A DNA stretch of 64,000 nt from Candidatus Latescibacterota bacterium (GCA_965116875.1 OZ220733.1:3136001-3200000), one strand, 5' to 3'. Positions 25,727-35,665 are shown, counted from the first letter of the stretch. A program made the numbers and translations. Notes: generated by a model not told the origin, from the letters alone.

Positions 25727-27946
25727 ATGAAAAAACGAACTCTTCGCGCGCTGCTTCGGACGGCGGCGTGCTGTACCATGTGGCTGTGCGTATCTACCGT
25801 GACGTGGGCTTCGCCCGCGCCGTCGGACAGCGTGCGCTTCTGTGCGTTGGTGGACCGTGAGGCGTGGCTTCGTGAGCATCCCTTGCCGGCGGGCAAGGTT
25901 GGTGCGGAAAAGAACGCGGGGGAGCCGGGGACGGTGCGTATGATCTACTTTCTGCCGAACGACCGTCCGTACCGGCAGTCGGTGGTGGATACGATGAAGG
26001 CGACGATGGTGCGTCTGCAGGCGTGGTTCGGAGAGCAGATGGCGTCGCACGGGTACGGGTATATGACGTTCCGGTACGAGGCGGATGCGGATGGCGCGCC
26101 GGTGGTGCACCGCGTGGATGCCGAGCACGGCGACGAATATTATCTGAGGGAAACGATTACGGACGTGCAATTGGATCCCGGTTACAGGGCGTTTTATTAT
26201 CAATACCGCGTGTATTTCGTCGTCATCGACAACAGCACGGATTCCATTCACGATCGCAGCGGTAGGAGGTATCTGGGGGTCTCCGGCGCGCTTAGAATAG
26301 GCGGGAGTTTTTTTGTTCCCGCGGGATTCAGTTTCACGACGGCGGCGCACGAACTGGCGCACTCCTTCGGGATGGGCTGGCACGATTTCCGCGACCACAC
26401 GTATATCCTGTCATATTTCAGCGAATCCCGTGGACGGCTGTCGGCGTGCTCGGCAGGATATCTTGCGGTGTCGCCCTACTTCAATGCCGCCGTGCCCATT
26501 GAAGATAACACGGACTCCTATCCCACCATCGAATACGTGGGCGCGAGCCGCTGGTATCCCCCCGGCACGCGGCGCTTCACGCTGCCGTGGCGCGCTGCCG
26601 ACGCCGACGGGGTGCATCAGGTGTTCCTGATGACGGGCAATCCCTTCGACAATTCGCTGACGCCGGAAGTGAAGGCGTGCCGGCTGCCGGGGGGTCCGAC
26701 GCGGGCGGAGGTGTCGTTCGAGTATGACGGTGTGATCCCGTCGCTGCCGAATACGAGTTTCTCCGATCCCCCCGGACACCATCTTGTGGCGTTAGCCGTC
26801 GATGGACTGGCGTACAAGAAATCTGCGAAAACCGGCATTGCGGAGGCGTCGCCGCATCACCTGGCGACGCTTGTGCCGCAGGGGTACGCGTCAGGCACAT
26901 TCTGGTCGATGGCGTTCTCGCCGGACGGCTCGGTCGTGGCCGCGGGGCACGTGGGTGTGGGTGATTGGACCGTGCGCGTGTGGGACGTGGCGACCCGTCG
27001 GGAGGTCGCCGCGCTGGAAGACACCGAACGGGTCGTGGGCATGGCGTTCTCTCCCGACGGCGGCCTGTTGGCTGCAGGGTCATTTGACGAAACCGTGAGG
27101 CTCTGGAACGTGGACACGTGGGAGAGGGCAGGCGCGCTGGAAGGGCATCGGAGCGGTATCGCTTTCGGCGGTCTGGCGTACTCGCCTGCCGGGGGCATCC
27201 TGGCAACGGCGTGGTTGGACAGTACGGTGAAGGTGTGGGACGTGGCGGCGCGCCGGGAGGTCGCCACGCTGGAATGGAATCCGCGTCGGCGAAATTACGG
27301 TGCGGTGGCGTTCTCTCCCGACGGGCGCATACTGGCAATTGGAGACGGTGACGGGACGGTGACGCTGTGGGACGTGGACACGTGGGAGGCGACCGCCGCG
27401 CTGGAAGGGGGACATAGTGTCTATGCGGTGGCGTTCTCTCCCGACGGGCGCCTGTTGGGATCGGCACACAATGACCGGTGGATCAGGCTGTGGGACGTGG
27501 CGGCGCGGCGGCTGATCGCCGCGCGGGACGATCAGGTTGGCTCTTCGATTGCGTTCTCTCCCGACGGGCGCTTCCTGGCGTATCCACGACGGAATCGGTC
27601 GGTCGCCCTGTGGAACGTTTTCAGTGAAGAAACCGTCGAGAAGTATGCCCATCCGGGCCTGGGGTCGCCGGTGGCGTTCACGCCCGACGGAAACATATTG
27701 GCCATAGCAACGAATTACGCGATCGAACTGTGGGACGTGTCCCCGCACACCGGTCCTGCATCGAGGATCCCGGACTGGGACGGCGACGGACAGGTGGGTG
27801 TTGGAGACTTCGTGAAGTTCGCGGCGAAGTACGGATACACCCGCGGCCAGGACCGCTACGACCCGCGCTACGACCTGGACGATGACGGCGCGGTGGGGTT
27901 CGGTGACTTCCTCATCTTCACGAAGGCCTTCGGCCAGGGTGCGTAG
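25727..27946 (+). CDS. Secreted metzincin-like protease + WD40 + dockerin-like module (paralogue 3)
   Basis: HELAHSFGMGWHDF; WD40 repeats; DWDGDG...DLDDDG...AFGQGA. Confidence 0.9.
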   Translation: MKKRTLRALLRTAACCTMWLCVSTVTWASPAPSDSVRFCALVDREAWLREHPLPAGKVGAEKNAGEPGTVRMIYFLPNDRPYRQSVVDTMKATMVRLQAWFGEQMASHGYGYMTFRYEADADGAPVVHRVDAEHGDEYYLRETITDVQLDPGYRAFYYQYRVYFVVIDNSTDSIHDRSGRRYLGVSGALRIGGSFFVPAGFSFTTAAHELAHSFGMGWHDFRDHTYILSYFSESRGRLSACSAGYLAVSPYFNAAVPIEDNTDSYPTIEYVGASRWYPPGTRRFTLPWRAADADGVHQVFLMTGNPFDNSLTPEVKACRLPGGPTRAEVSFEYDGVIPSLPNTSFSDPPGHHLVALAVDGLAYKKSAKTGIAEASPHHLATLVPQGYASGTFWSMAFSPDGSVVAAGHVGVGDWTVRVWDVATRREVAALEDTERVVGMAFSPDGGLLAAGSFDETVRLWNVDTWERAGALEGHRSGIAFGGLAYSPAGGILATAWLDSTVKVWDVAARREVATLEWNPRRRNYGAVAFSPDGRILAIGDGDGTVTLWDVDTWEATAALEGGHSVYAVAFSPDGRLLGSAHNDRWIRLWDVAARRLIAARDDQVGSSIAFSPDGRFLAYPRRNRSVALWNVFSEETVEKYAHPGLGSPVAFTPDGNILAIATNYAIELWDVSPHTGPASRIPDWDGDGQVGVGDFVKFAAKYGYTRGQDRYDPRYDLDDDGAVGFGDFLIFTKAFGQGA

Positions 27947-28105
27947 TGCGGCGCTCCCACCGTCGCGCAATGCGACACGCCTGCCGCACTGCAGTGCCGC
28001 GAATAGCCAATTCGCGTTACCGAATCACGCGGCCACGTTGGCATTGCAGGGGCGTCCCCTGTGGGCCTGTCTGCAGCGCAGAGCACCGCGCAGGCAGGCG
28101 CCCGC
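27947..28105. repeat. Conserved intergenic repeat, copy 3 (internally rearranged)
   Basis: Shares TGCGGCGCTCCCACCGTCGCGCAATGCGAC and CTGCAGTGCC...GGCATTGCAGGGGCGTCCC; its 3' part matches 20620-20660. Confidence 0.85.
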
Positions 28106-28154
28106 ACGGTGAGGAAGCTCGCTCCGACTGTTCCCGGAAGTGCGCGACTCCGCC

Positions 28155-29738
28155 CTACAATACCCCGGCCCCCTGAACCGGAGACGCGACCGTGAGTCGT
28201 TCGCGGATCCCGCGGGGCGTGTAGTACCTGTCGCGCATGGATTCGACAATACGTGGTACCCCTTCAGACGCGACCAGGACCATCATGCTTCCGCCCAGGC
28301 CGGCGCCGGAAATCTGGGCCCCCGCCGCACCCGCATCCATGGCAATGTCGACCATCTCGTCGATTTCGGGGATGCTGCAGTTGTAGTCGCCCGGCTGGAG
28401 GTGCAGGTCTCTCGCGGGGTCGAATCGGGGCGCGTCCAGGTGGATGCGGTCCCCGTCGTGCGAGACGTTCATCAGTTGCCCGTACAGGTCCACGCGGTTC
28501 CTGTTCAGTACGTCCTTGAGATTCCTGCTTCGCGCGGACTCGGCGATGCCGTAGGCAATGACCATGCGGACCTGGTAACCGTCGGCCGGTTCGTCGTGGG
28601 TGGCGAACTGCTGTTGGAGAAAGGCTTCTTCTTCGGGTAACTGGCGCAGGAGCCCCCTCCGGTCGATCTGTTCGGGAAGGGCTTGTATCAGCGCGTAGAT
28701 TTCGGGTTGGTCGAGACATTCGATAACGTCGCCGAGGTGGAACTTTTTCTCGATCTCCAGGTCCTTCCTGGCCGCCGCGACGCCCAGGATCGCTGCGGGG
28801 TGGTGCGTTTCCAGGTAGCTTCGGAGGTAGACCTCTCCGATTTCGTAGGTCGCCGTCTTCTCATTGAATTTCTGCCCTGCGCCACCGGTCTTGTTCGCCT
28901 GTATGCCCGAGTCGAAGATGATGATCTGATAACCTTCCGGGAACGGGAGATAGGCGTCGATCATCAGTTCAGGGAGGGTCTTCATGTGGGTGATTTTGCC
29001 AAGTTGACCGCATTTGATCGCCGCATGGTCGCCAAAGCCGCCGCGCGTGCCCACGTACCATTCCGCGGTACCCGCGTACCTCACGAACTGCCCGTCGTCC
29101 AGGTCGATATCATTGATGTGCGAAATGATTTCGGTGGTCGCCACCACAACCGCGGACGAAGAGCTCAGTCCTCCCATGTCGGGAAGGCTGCTGCCCATCA
29201 CCCCGTCGAAGCCGTGGAGTTGCTTAGCGGGGTATCGGGTGTGGAGGTAGGCCGGCGGCGCCTGCAGCTTGGTAACCCAGTCCTCGTTCACGCCGGCAGC
29301 CTTGCGTTCGTCGGTTTTTTCCTGCGTCCATTCCAGCCACTCGGCGTCCGAACGGATTGGCGCGTCCGGACATATATCGGATACGTTGAAACGACGGGTT
29401 CCGTAGGCCGGATCCAGATTGCGGACTTCCACCCGGTCGTCGTCTCTGCGGGAGAAACAGATGAGAATCTCCTTGTCGAGGGAGATCGGGTTGATGAAGG
29501 CGCCCCGGTGGTCCGCGTGCATGCCCACCGTGTTCAGCCTGCCCGGCGCCCTGACGAAGCTGACGTCCCTCTCGCCGAAGGTCTCCCGGAATCGAGTCAC
29601 GGTCTCCAGGAGGGCGCCGAGACGTTCTGCGATCAATCCGTCGTTATCGCCGTAGACGGACCGGAGGCGGGCGATCAGACCTGTGTCCCGGCTGCGAATC
29701 GCCCTCTCCCAATCCCTCGTATTCTGCTTGCCAATCAT
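28155..29738 (-). CDS. Galactokinase-like GHMP sugar kinase
   Basis: APGRLNTVGMHADH, GGLSSSSA, GGFGDH, GAQISGAGLGG; GGGAGGA RBS. Confidence 0.85.
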   Translation of the reverse strand: MIGKQNTRDWERAIRSRDTGLIARLRSVYGDNDGLIAERLGALLETVTRFRETFGERDVSFVRAPGRLNTVGMHADHRGAFINPISLDKEILICFSRRDDDRVEVRNLDPAYGTRRFNVSDICPDAPIRSDAEWLEWTQEKTDERKAAGVNEDWVTKLQAPPAYLHTRYPAKQLHGFDGVMGSSLPDMGGLSSSSAVVVATTEIISHINDIDLDDGQFVRYAGTAEWYVGTRGGFGDHAAIKCGQLGKITHMKTLPELMIDAYLPFPEGYQIIIFDSGIQANKTGGAGQKFNEKTATYEIGEVYLRSYLETHHPAAILGVAAARKDLEIEKKFHLGDVIECLDQPEIYALIQALPEQIDRRGLLRQLPEEEAFLQQQFATHDEPADGYQVRMVIAYGIAESARSRNLKDVLNRNRVDLYGQLMNVSHDGDRIHLDAPRFDPARDLHLQPGDYNCSIPEIDEMVDIAMDAGAAGAQISGAGLGGSMMVLVASEGVPRIVESMRDRYYTPRGIRERLTVASPVQGAGVL

Positions 29739-29934
29739 CCGGTTATCCTCCCGGGATCACACAACGGGACGCGGCCTCATTCGGCTCGTCAATCGTGTAC
29801 TGGCGTTCACTTCCGCCCGTCAGCCTTGCAGCCGAACATTTCGGAGCCACGCCAGTGGAATTCAAAAAGAAAAAGACAACGCCTCCAATGGATTCGGGAA
29901 GCGTTGTCGTTCCATTCCGTAGCGGGAAGGTAAG

Positions 29935-30906
29935 TTACAACTTGTCCGGATCGAAGATGCCCTTCTGCGTATCCACGACGCGCTCGGACCGGGTCTTGAA
30001 CATCGTGCCTGCCGGATAATAGCCGGCCTTGACGTAGGCGAGGCCGTAGGAAATGCACATCGGCCCCAGCAAGGTTCCGGGGTCCGTGAGCGACTCGCAG
30101 GCCAGCTGCGTCCTGTCGCCGAGTACGACGCCCATTTTGGATCCGCCCAGGTCGTACCACTTGTCGTTGATTTCGACCTTCAGGTTGACGCGCTTGTCGC
30201 GTTCCCGAACGCCCTGGATAATGCCCAGATTCGCGGCCGTGGCCTGGTTGCCGAAGTGGGTGGCGTACCCGCAGAGGCTGTCGCCGAGATACGACGGATG
30301 GGGGAAATTGGCCTCGTCCAGCATCAGGACGTTCTTGAGTTCACCCCGGATGGCGTTGTCACCGTGTTTCCTGTGACCGCCCAGAACGATGTTGCCCCGG
30401 AGATAGGCGCCTTGCCGGATATCGTTATTCGGACCGATAATCGTGGGACCCTTGACGCCGGCCGTCGGTTCGATTACGGCGCCGGAGCCAACGTAGATGT
30501 CCCCGCCGTCCAGGTAGATTACGGCCCCGACCACTTTTGCGTCCTTTGCGACGTAGAGCGTGTGGCCCTCGCCATCGAGCGCGCCGTGTACGAAGAGCGG
30601 CTCGCAAACGGCGCCGGGCTCGACCAGCACCGTGTAGTTCCCCACGCCCGTCAGACCCGTGCGTTCTTCCACACCCTCGGCCGAACCGATTTTTTCGGCC
30701 AGCCACTGGCTGGCGTATTTTTCGATGCCGTCTTTGCCGATGAGATCCACAACCGACCGGGCGCCGTCGACCAGCGCACGGTGTTCGAACGGGTATTTCT
30801 CAAGGTCGAAAAAGTTGGACGGTTTCAACTCGGCCGGGACCTCGTCAGCCGCCAACTCGGTAACGATGACCGGATTGTCCTTCGCGCCGGTTCCGTTCAT
30901 GGCCAT
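29935..30906 (-). CDS. Stand-alone left-handed beta-helix acyltransferase (archaeal GlmU C-terminal-like)
   Basis: VKGPTIIG...IRQGAYLRG...ELKN...HPSYLGDS...HFG...AN...KMGVVLGD pattern; no nucleotidyltransferase domain. Confidence 0.75.
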   Translation of the reverse strand: MAMNGTGAKDNPVIVTELAADEVPAELKPSNFFDLEKYPFEHRALVDGARSVVDLIGKDGIEKYASQWLAEKIGSAEGVEERTGLTGVGNYTVLVEPGAVCEPLFVHGALDGEGHTLYVAKDAKVVGAVIYLDGGDIYVGSGAVIEPTAGVKGPTIIGPNNDIRQGAYLRGNIVLGGHRKHGDNAIRGELKNVLMLDEANFPHPSYLGDSLCGYATHFGNQATAANLGIIQGVRERDKRVNLKVEINDKWYDLGGSKMGVVLGDRTQLACESLTDPGTLLGPMCISYGLAYVKAGYYPAGTMFKTRSERVVDTQKGIFDPDKL

Positions 30907-30909
30907 TGC

Positions 30910-31857
30910 TCATTCCTTTCTGCATTCCGCGATTTTCTCGAGGGTTTGATCGTGCAGGGCCTGCGTCCGGCTCACCAGGACGTCGAAAACGGTCTCGTAG
31001 TCTTCCGTGGGCTTCGCCACTTCGTTTCCGTCGAAATCGGAGACGATCAGACCGGCCTGTTCCGCGATGGCGATCCCGGAGAAGACGTCGACGTAGGGCT
31101 GTTGCCTGGCAAAATAGACGTCGATCTGCCCGGCCGCGGCCTCTGCAAAAGCGTACGGTCCGCCATTGGGGTGGAGCATTTTGAAGGCATCGATGACCGG
31201 CCTGTATTCGTCGATGAGCGGCATGAGGAACTTGGCCGGTTTCAGCAGGTACGACTCGACGCAGGCGTCATCCAGGCCGGACGCGGGCTCTCCGTGCCGT
31301 TCCTTCCGATAGCTTTCGTCGAGCCGCTCCACGCCGGTCAACGCGTTGCCGTCCAGCCTTGCCATAAAGGCGCCGTTTTCGTTGGCGTAGGCAAGGTCCC
31401 TGTTGAAGACGTCGCCGGTGACGGAGACAAGGTGATCGAAGTTGGCATCGAAGAGCGCCAGGGAACTGTATTGCATGAACGGCAGCCCCCGCTTGTACAG
31501 CCAGCTGCCGTCGAACGGATCCGAAACGCCGTAGATCTTATCGCCTTCCTTGCCGCCGGTGAGGTCCACCATCCCGGCTTCCTCGGAAAGCAGAACGACC
31601 GGATGCGTGCTCTCTTTGAGTCTGCCGATGTACGCCCCTTCCGCGGCCTCGTCGACACCGAAAATCTCGGCGTCCCAATCCTTGTAGTCGCCCTCCCGGG
31701 TGCGGATGACCATGGAACCGCTGGCATCGCCCTGCAGATCGTGCAGGATGTCCAGGGTCTCCGCCACGATGGCCAGGGCGAGCGACGTGTGTTCGTCTAC
31801 ATTATCCGATCTACTGAAGTTGTTGATTCTATTTTCGAAAACCTGATTGTCACCCAT
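30910..31857 (-). CDS. Inositol monophosphatase/FBPase superfamily phosphatase
   Basis: D...AE, LSEE and DPFDGS motifs; GQIDVY and D...IAEQAG in the C-terminal half. Confidence 0.82.
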   Translation of the reverse strand: MGDNQVFENRINNFSRSDNVDEHTSLALAIVAETLDILHDLQGDASGSMVIRTREGDYKDWDAEIFGVDEAAEGAYIGRLKESTHPVVLLSEEAGMVDLTGGKEGDKIYGVSDPFDGSWLYKRGLPFMQYSSLALFDANFDHLVSVTGDVFNRDLAYANENGAFMARLDGNALTGVERLDESYRKERHGEPASGLDDACVESYLLKPAKFLMPLIDEYRPVIDAFKMLHPNGGPYAFAEAAAGQIDVYFARQQPYVDVFSGIAIAEQAGLIVSDFDGNEVAKPTEDYETVFDVLVSRTQALHDQTLEKIAECRKE

Positions 31858-31944
31858 TCGTGATCCCTTCAGCATAAAGTGATTAAATTTATGTTTTTAC
31901 GGGACTAATAGGTCTGTTTCCAAGGGTGGATCAAACAGTCAATG

Positions 31945-31973
31945 AGTATACCATATTCACCCGGGGATGTCAA
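31945..31973 (-). promoter_or_regulatory. Near-consensus sigma70 promoter with extended -10
   Basis: Minus strand reads TTGACA-17 nt-TATACT with TG one base before the -10 box. Confidence 0.75.
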
Positions 31974-32034
31974 GCCAAAACATATTGCGGAACGCCTGTG
32001 CGGGTGTTATCGTTAATCGAAAGCAAAGCCTGAA

Positions 32035-32170
32035 AGGCGGGTAGAGGTAAGACGGTAGACGGGAGAGATTACCTGCCGTGCGAGGTTTCTTCTCATGCCG
32101 CAGGCAAAGAGGAATAACATACCGGGCAAAGACTTCCTCTACCGTCTACCCTCTCCCGTCTCCCCGCCTG
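32035..32170. repeat. Inverted arrays of GG(T/G)AGA(C/G) heptamers
   Basis: GGTAGAG GTAAGAC GGTAGAC GGGAGAG on the left; CTCTACC GTCTACC CTCTCCC GTCTCCC on the right; outer AGGCGG/CCGCCT. Confidence 0.6.
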
Positions 32171-32236
32171 AAGAAAATACACGCGAATGGGAGACGAAAT
32201 GGTTGTGGAGCGTAATTAAATTGAAAAGGAGTAACC

Positions 32237-33400
32237 ATGGTTCTTCGCGGGAAGATTGTGGGCACGGAAACACCCGTGTCGGTATCCATTGAAGACGGTC
32301 GAATCTCGGGCATCGAAGAAGCGGGAACGGCGGCACAGGGAGGCGACGACGTGTGGATTTCGCCCGGGATATTCGACGTTCAGGTCAACGGGGCCGGCGG
32401 GATCAACTACAGTTCCGGGGACCTGACGGTGGACCGCGTGCTGCAGGCCAGCGAGTGGCCGTACCGGGCGGGGACGGCGCTGTTCTGCCCCACGGTGACA
32501 ACCTCCCCGGCGGAGCAGGCGATCGCGGGGCTGCGAACGCTGGCCAGGGCGTGCGAACAGTCGGCCGCCGCGAATGGCTCATTTGTCGGTTTCCACGTGG
32601 AGGGGCCGTACATCGCGTCCGAAGACGGTCCCAGGGGGGCGCATCCCCTGGAACATACGCGGGACCCGGACTGGGACGAGTTCCGCCGCTATCAGGATGC
32701 CGCGAATGGCCGGATCACGATTCTGACCCTCGCGCCCGAACGGGAGGGTTCGCTGGCCTTCATCGAGAAGGTCTCCGAAACGGGCGTCATCGTTGCCCTT
32801 GGGCATACCGGCGCCAGCAGGGCGCGGATCCGGGAGGCCGTGGCGGCAGGGGCGCGGATGTCCACGCATCTGGGCAACGGGGCTCACGCCGAGATTCCCC
32901 GTCACGACAACTATATCTGGGAGCAACTCGCCGCCGACGAACTCTGGGCGGGGATCATCCCGGACGGCCACCATCTTCCGCCGCCGGTGCTGAAGAGCGT
33001 CTGCAGGGCAAAGCAGAAAGAGCGCATCTGTCTGGTCAGCGACGTGTCGTCCATCGCCGGTCTGCCGCCGGGCGTATACGGCCGGAGCTATGGAACGGAC
33101 GAGGTGGAGATTCACGAGAACGGGAAGATCTCGCTGGCAGGTACGCCGTACCTGGCCGGAGCGTCGCTGTTTCTGGATCACGGGATTCCCAATACGGTGG
33201 GATTTACCGATGCCACGCTGGCCGACGCGGTGGACATGGCATCCGTCAACCCGGCGCGACTGCTGGGCGTGGACGACAGGCTGGGGCGTGTGTCGCCGGG
33301 TATGGAGGCCAGTCTCACGATGTTCCGCTGGACGGAGGGACAGCGCGCGCTTTCCGTCGAGGCGACGATTGTCCGGGGTGAGGTCGTCTACAAGGCGTAG
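32237..33400 (+). CDS. nagA: N-acetylglucosamine-6-phosphate deacetylase-like amidohydrolase
   Basis: PGIFDVQVNG, FHVEGPY, GAH, TLAPE, LGHT, THLGN, DGHH, LAGA, NPA. Confidence 0.8.
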   Translation: MVLRGKIVGTETPVSVSIEDGRISGIEEAGTAAQGGDDVWISPGIFDVQVNGAGGINYSSGDLTVDRVLQASEWPYRAGTALFCPTVTTSPAEQAIAGLRTLARACEQSAAANGSFVGFHVEGPYIASEDGPRGAHPLEHTRDPDWDEFRRYQDAANGRITILTLAPEREGSLAFIEKVSETGVIVALGHTGASRARIREAVAAGARMSTHLGNGAHAEIPRHDNYIWEQLAADELWAGIIPDGHHLPPPVLKSVCRAKQKERICLVSDVSSIAGLPPGVYGRSYGTDEVEIHENGKISLAGTPYLAGASLFLDHGIPNTVGFTDATLADAVDMASVNPARLLGVDDRLGRVSPGMEASLTMFRWTEGQRALSVEATIVRGEVVYKA

Positions 33401-33481
33401 TCTTCATGCGTTGGAACAGGGTTTTCGCATCGTCCGCTTCCTGCGCTTTGCATATCCGATGTGAGTCGAGAGGTTCGGTCC

Positions 33482-35665
33482 ATGGAACGGATCCAGGGGG
33501 TTGTGGAGCGGATCACGTTTCAGAATGAGGAGAGCGGGTACACGGTTGCCCGATTCCAGCCGGAGGGCAGGAGGGAACCTGTGACCGTGGTTGGCAATAC
33601 GCTCTCGTTGACCGCGGGGGAGTGCGTCGCGGTCAAGGGCGAGTGGACCACCCACGCGAAGTTCGGCCGTCAGTTCAAGATCGAGTCCTACGAAAAGGTA
33701 CATCCGTACACGGTTGAGGGAATGCGAAAGTACCTGGGCTCAGGCCTGATCAAGGGAATCGGACCGGTCATGGCGGGAAGGATCGTGGACCACTTCGGCG
33801 AAAAAACGCTGGAGGTGATCGAGAAGGCCTCAAAAAGGCTGGTCGAGGTGGAGGGGCTGGGCAGGAAGCGCGCGGGGATGATCGAGGATGCCTGGAAGGA
33901 ACAGCGCGAAATTCACAATGTGATGGTGTTCCTGCAGTCGCACGACGTGGGCACGGGGCATGCCGTAAAGATCTGGAAGCGATACGGCCAGGATGCAATC
34001 TCGCTGATCCGGGAGAATCCGTACCGGTTGTCGGCCGACGTATGGGGAATCGGGTTCACGAGCGCCGACCGAATCGCACAGAAAATGGGGGTCGAGCCCC
34101 ATTCCGATCAACGGATCATGGCCGGCATTCGGCACGTGCTGGGAACGGCCGCGGAAACGGAGGGGCACGTCTACCTGCCAAGGGCGGAACTGTCGACGGT
34201 CTGCGCCGAGACGCTGGACGTATCTCCGGAATTGATCGCCCCGTGCATCGACCAGTTGCAAACAACCGAAGAAGTCGTCGTCGAGGAAAACCGCATCTAC
34301 AATCCGCCGCTCTACTTTGCGGAAAAGGGCGTCGCGACGCGCGTACATCAGTTTTCCAGCATCGAGCGAATTGAGACCGGCGATACCGGCCGGGAGATTG
34401 CAGCCATTGAGAAACGGACCGGCGTCCGGTTCGCCGCGCGGCAGAAGGTCGCCCTGAAAAACGCCCTCGCCCACAGCCTGCTGGTCCTGACGGGCGGACC
34501 GGGCACGGGCAAGACCACGACCATCAGGGGATTGATCGCCCTCTTCGAGGCGCGGGGCAAGGACGTTGCGCTGGCGGCGCCAACCGGTCGCGCGGCAAAG
34601 CGGATGTCGGAAGCCACCGGGCGGGACGCGAGTACCATCCACAGGCTGCTGAAGTTCAGTCCCGGAGAGAATCGATTCGAGAGGAACTTCGAGAATCAAC
34701 TGTCCGCGGGCGCGGTCATCATTGACGAGGTTTCGATGATGGACGTGAGGCTGATGAACAGCCTGCTGCAGGCGGTGCCATTGAATGCTTCCGTTGTTCT
34801 TGTTGGCGACGTGGACCAGTTGCCTTCGGTGGGCCCGGGGAATATCCTGAAGGATATCATCGGCTCCGGAAAGACGGAAACGGTGGCGCTCAACGAAATC
34901 TTCCGGCAGGCGCGCGAGAGCCGGATCGTGACGAACGCGCACAGCATCCTGGCCGGTGAAATCCCCGAGGTGGACAACAGCCGGAAGTCGGATTTCTTCT
35001 TTTCGGAGGTGGACGACCCCGAGGAGGTGGTGGACACGGTCTGCGGTCTCTGCCGGAACAGGTTGCCCCGCGCCTACGGGGTGGACGCTATTGACGACAT
35101 CCAGGTCCTGGCGCCCATGTACCGGGGTGAAACAGGCGCGATCAATCTGAATCAGGTACTCCAGGAGCGGCTCAATCCGGGCGGCCAGGAACTCCTTCGC
35201 GGCGGCGTTCGCTTCCGCGTGGGAGACAAGGTGATGCAGGTCCGGAACAACTACGACAAGGACGTGTTCAACGGGGACATCGGGCGCGTGGCGGCAATCG
35301 ATATGACGAATCACGCGCTGGCGGTGAGGTATCCCGAGCGCACCGTGGGGTACGATTTCACGGAGCTGGACGAGATCGTGCTGGCTTACGCCACGAGCGT
35401 CCACAAGAGCCAGGGATCGGAGTATCCGGTTGTGGTGCTGCCCCTGACCACCCAGCACTATATGATGCTGCAGAGAAACCTGCTCTACACCGCCGTCACC
35501 CGAGCGAAGAACCTGGTGGTCATCGTCGGCACGCGCAAGGCCATGGCCATTGCCATCAAAAACAACCGGGTTGCCGACCGGTACACCTCGCTGCCCCCAC
35601 GCATCCGGGCGGGCGCGGGTGACGAGTCACGAGATAGGAATCCACATCGATTCGAGGAAAGATAG
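33482..35665 (+). CDS. recD2: RecD2 ATP-dependent DNA helicase
   Basis: N-terminal OB/HhH region (IKGIGP); TGGPGTGKTT, APTGRAA, DEVSM, GDVDQLPSVGPG, IFRQ, HKSQGSE, LYTAVTRA. Confidence 0.95.
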   Translation: MERIQGVVERITFQNEESGYTVARFQPEGRREPVTVVGNTLSLTAGECVAVKGEWTTHAKFGRQFKIESYEKVHPYTVEGMRKYLGSGLIKGIGPVMAGRIVDHFGEKTLEVIEKASKRLVEVEGLGRKRAGMIEDAWKEQREIHNVMVFLQSHDVGTGHAVKIWKRYGQDAISLIRENPYRLSADVWGIGFTSADRIAQKMGVEPHSDQRIMAGIRHVLGTAAETEGHVYLPRAELSTVCAETLDVSPELIAPCIDQLQTTEEVVVEENRIYNPPLYFAEKGVATRVHQFSSIERIETGDTGREIAAIEKRTGVRFAARQKVALKNALAHSLLVLTGGPGTGKTTTIRGLIALFEARGKDVALAAPTGRAAKRMSEATGRDASTIHRLLKFSPGENRFERNFENQLSAGAVIIDEVSMMDVRLMNSLLQAVPLNASVVLVGDVDQLPSVGPGNILKDIIGSGKTETVALNEIFRQARESRIVTNAHSILAGEIPEVDNSRKSDFFFSEVDDPEEVVDTVCGLCRNRLPRAYGVDAIDDIQVLAPMYRGETGAINLNQVLQERLNPGGQELLRGGVRFRVGDKVMQVRNNYDKDVFNGDIGRVAAIDMTNHALAVRYPERTVGYDFTELDEIVLAYATSVHKSQGSEYPVVVLPLTTQHYMMLQRNLLYTAVTRAKNLVVIVGTRKAMAIAIKNNRVADRYTSLPPRIRAGAGDESRDRNPHRFEER

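Noticed and set aside
20774-27946. Diversity-generating retroelement acting on the WD40 proteases
   Set aside because: No reverse transcriptase or non-coding template repeat in the window. Differences between paralogues involve all four bases plus indels, not only adenines.
20603-28105. CRISPR array or integron attC array
   Set aside because: Repeats are 100-200 bp, separated by ~2.2-kb paralogous genes, and extend into coding ends. No cas gene or integrase is in the window, and I could not identify attC R/L boxes.
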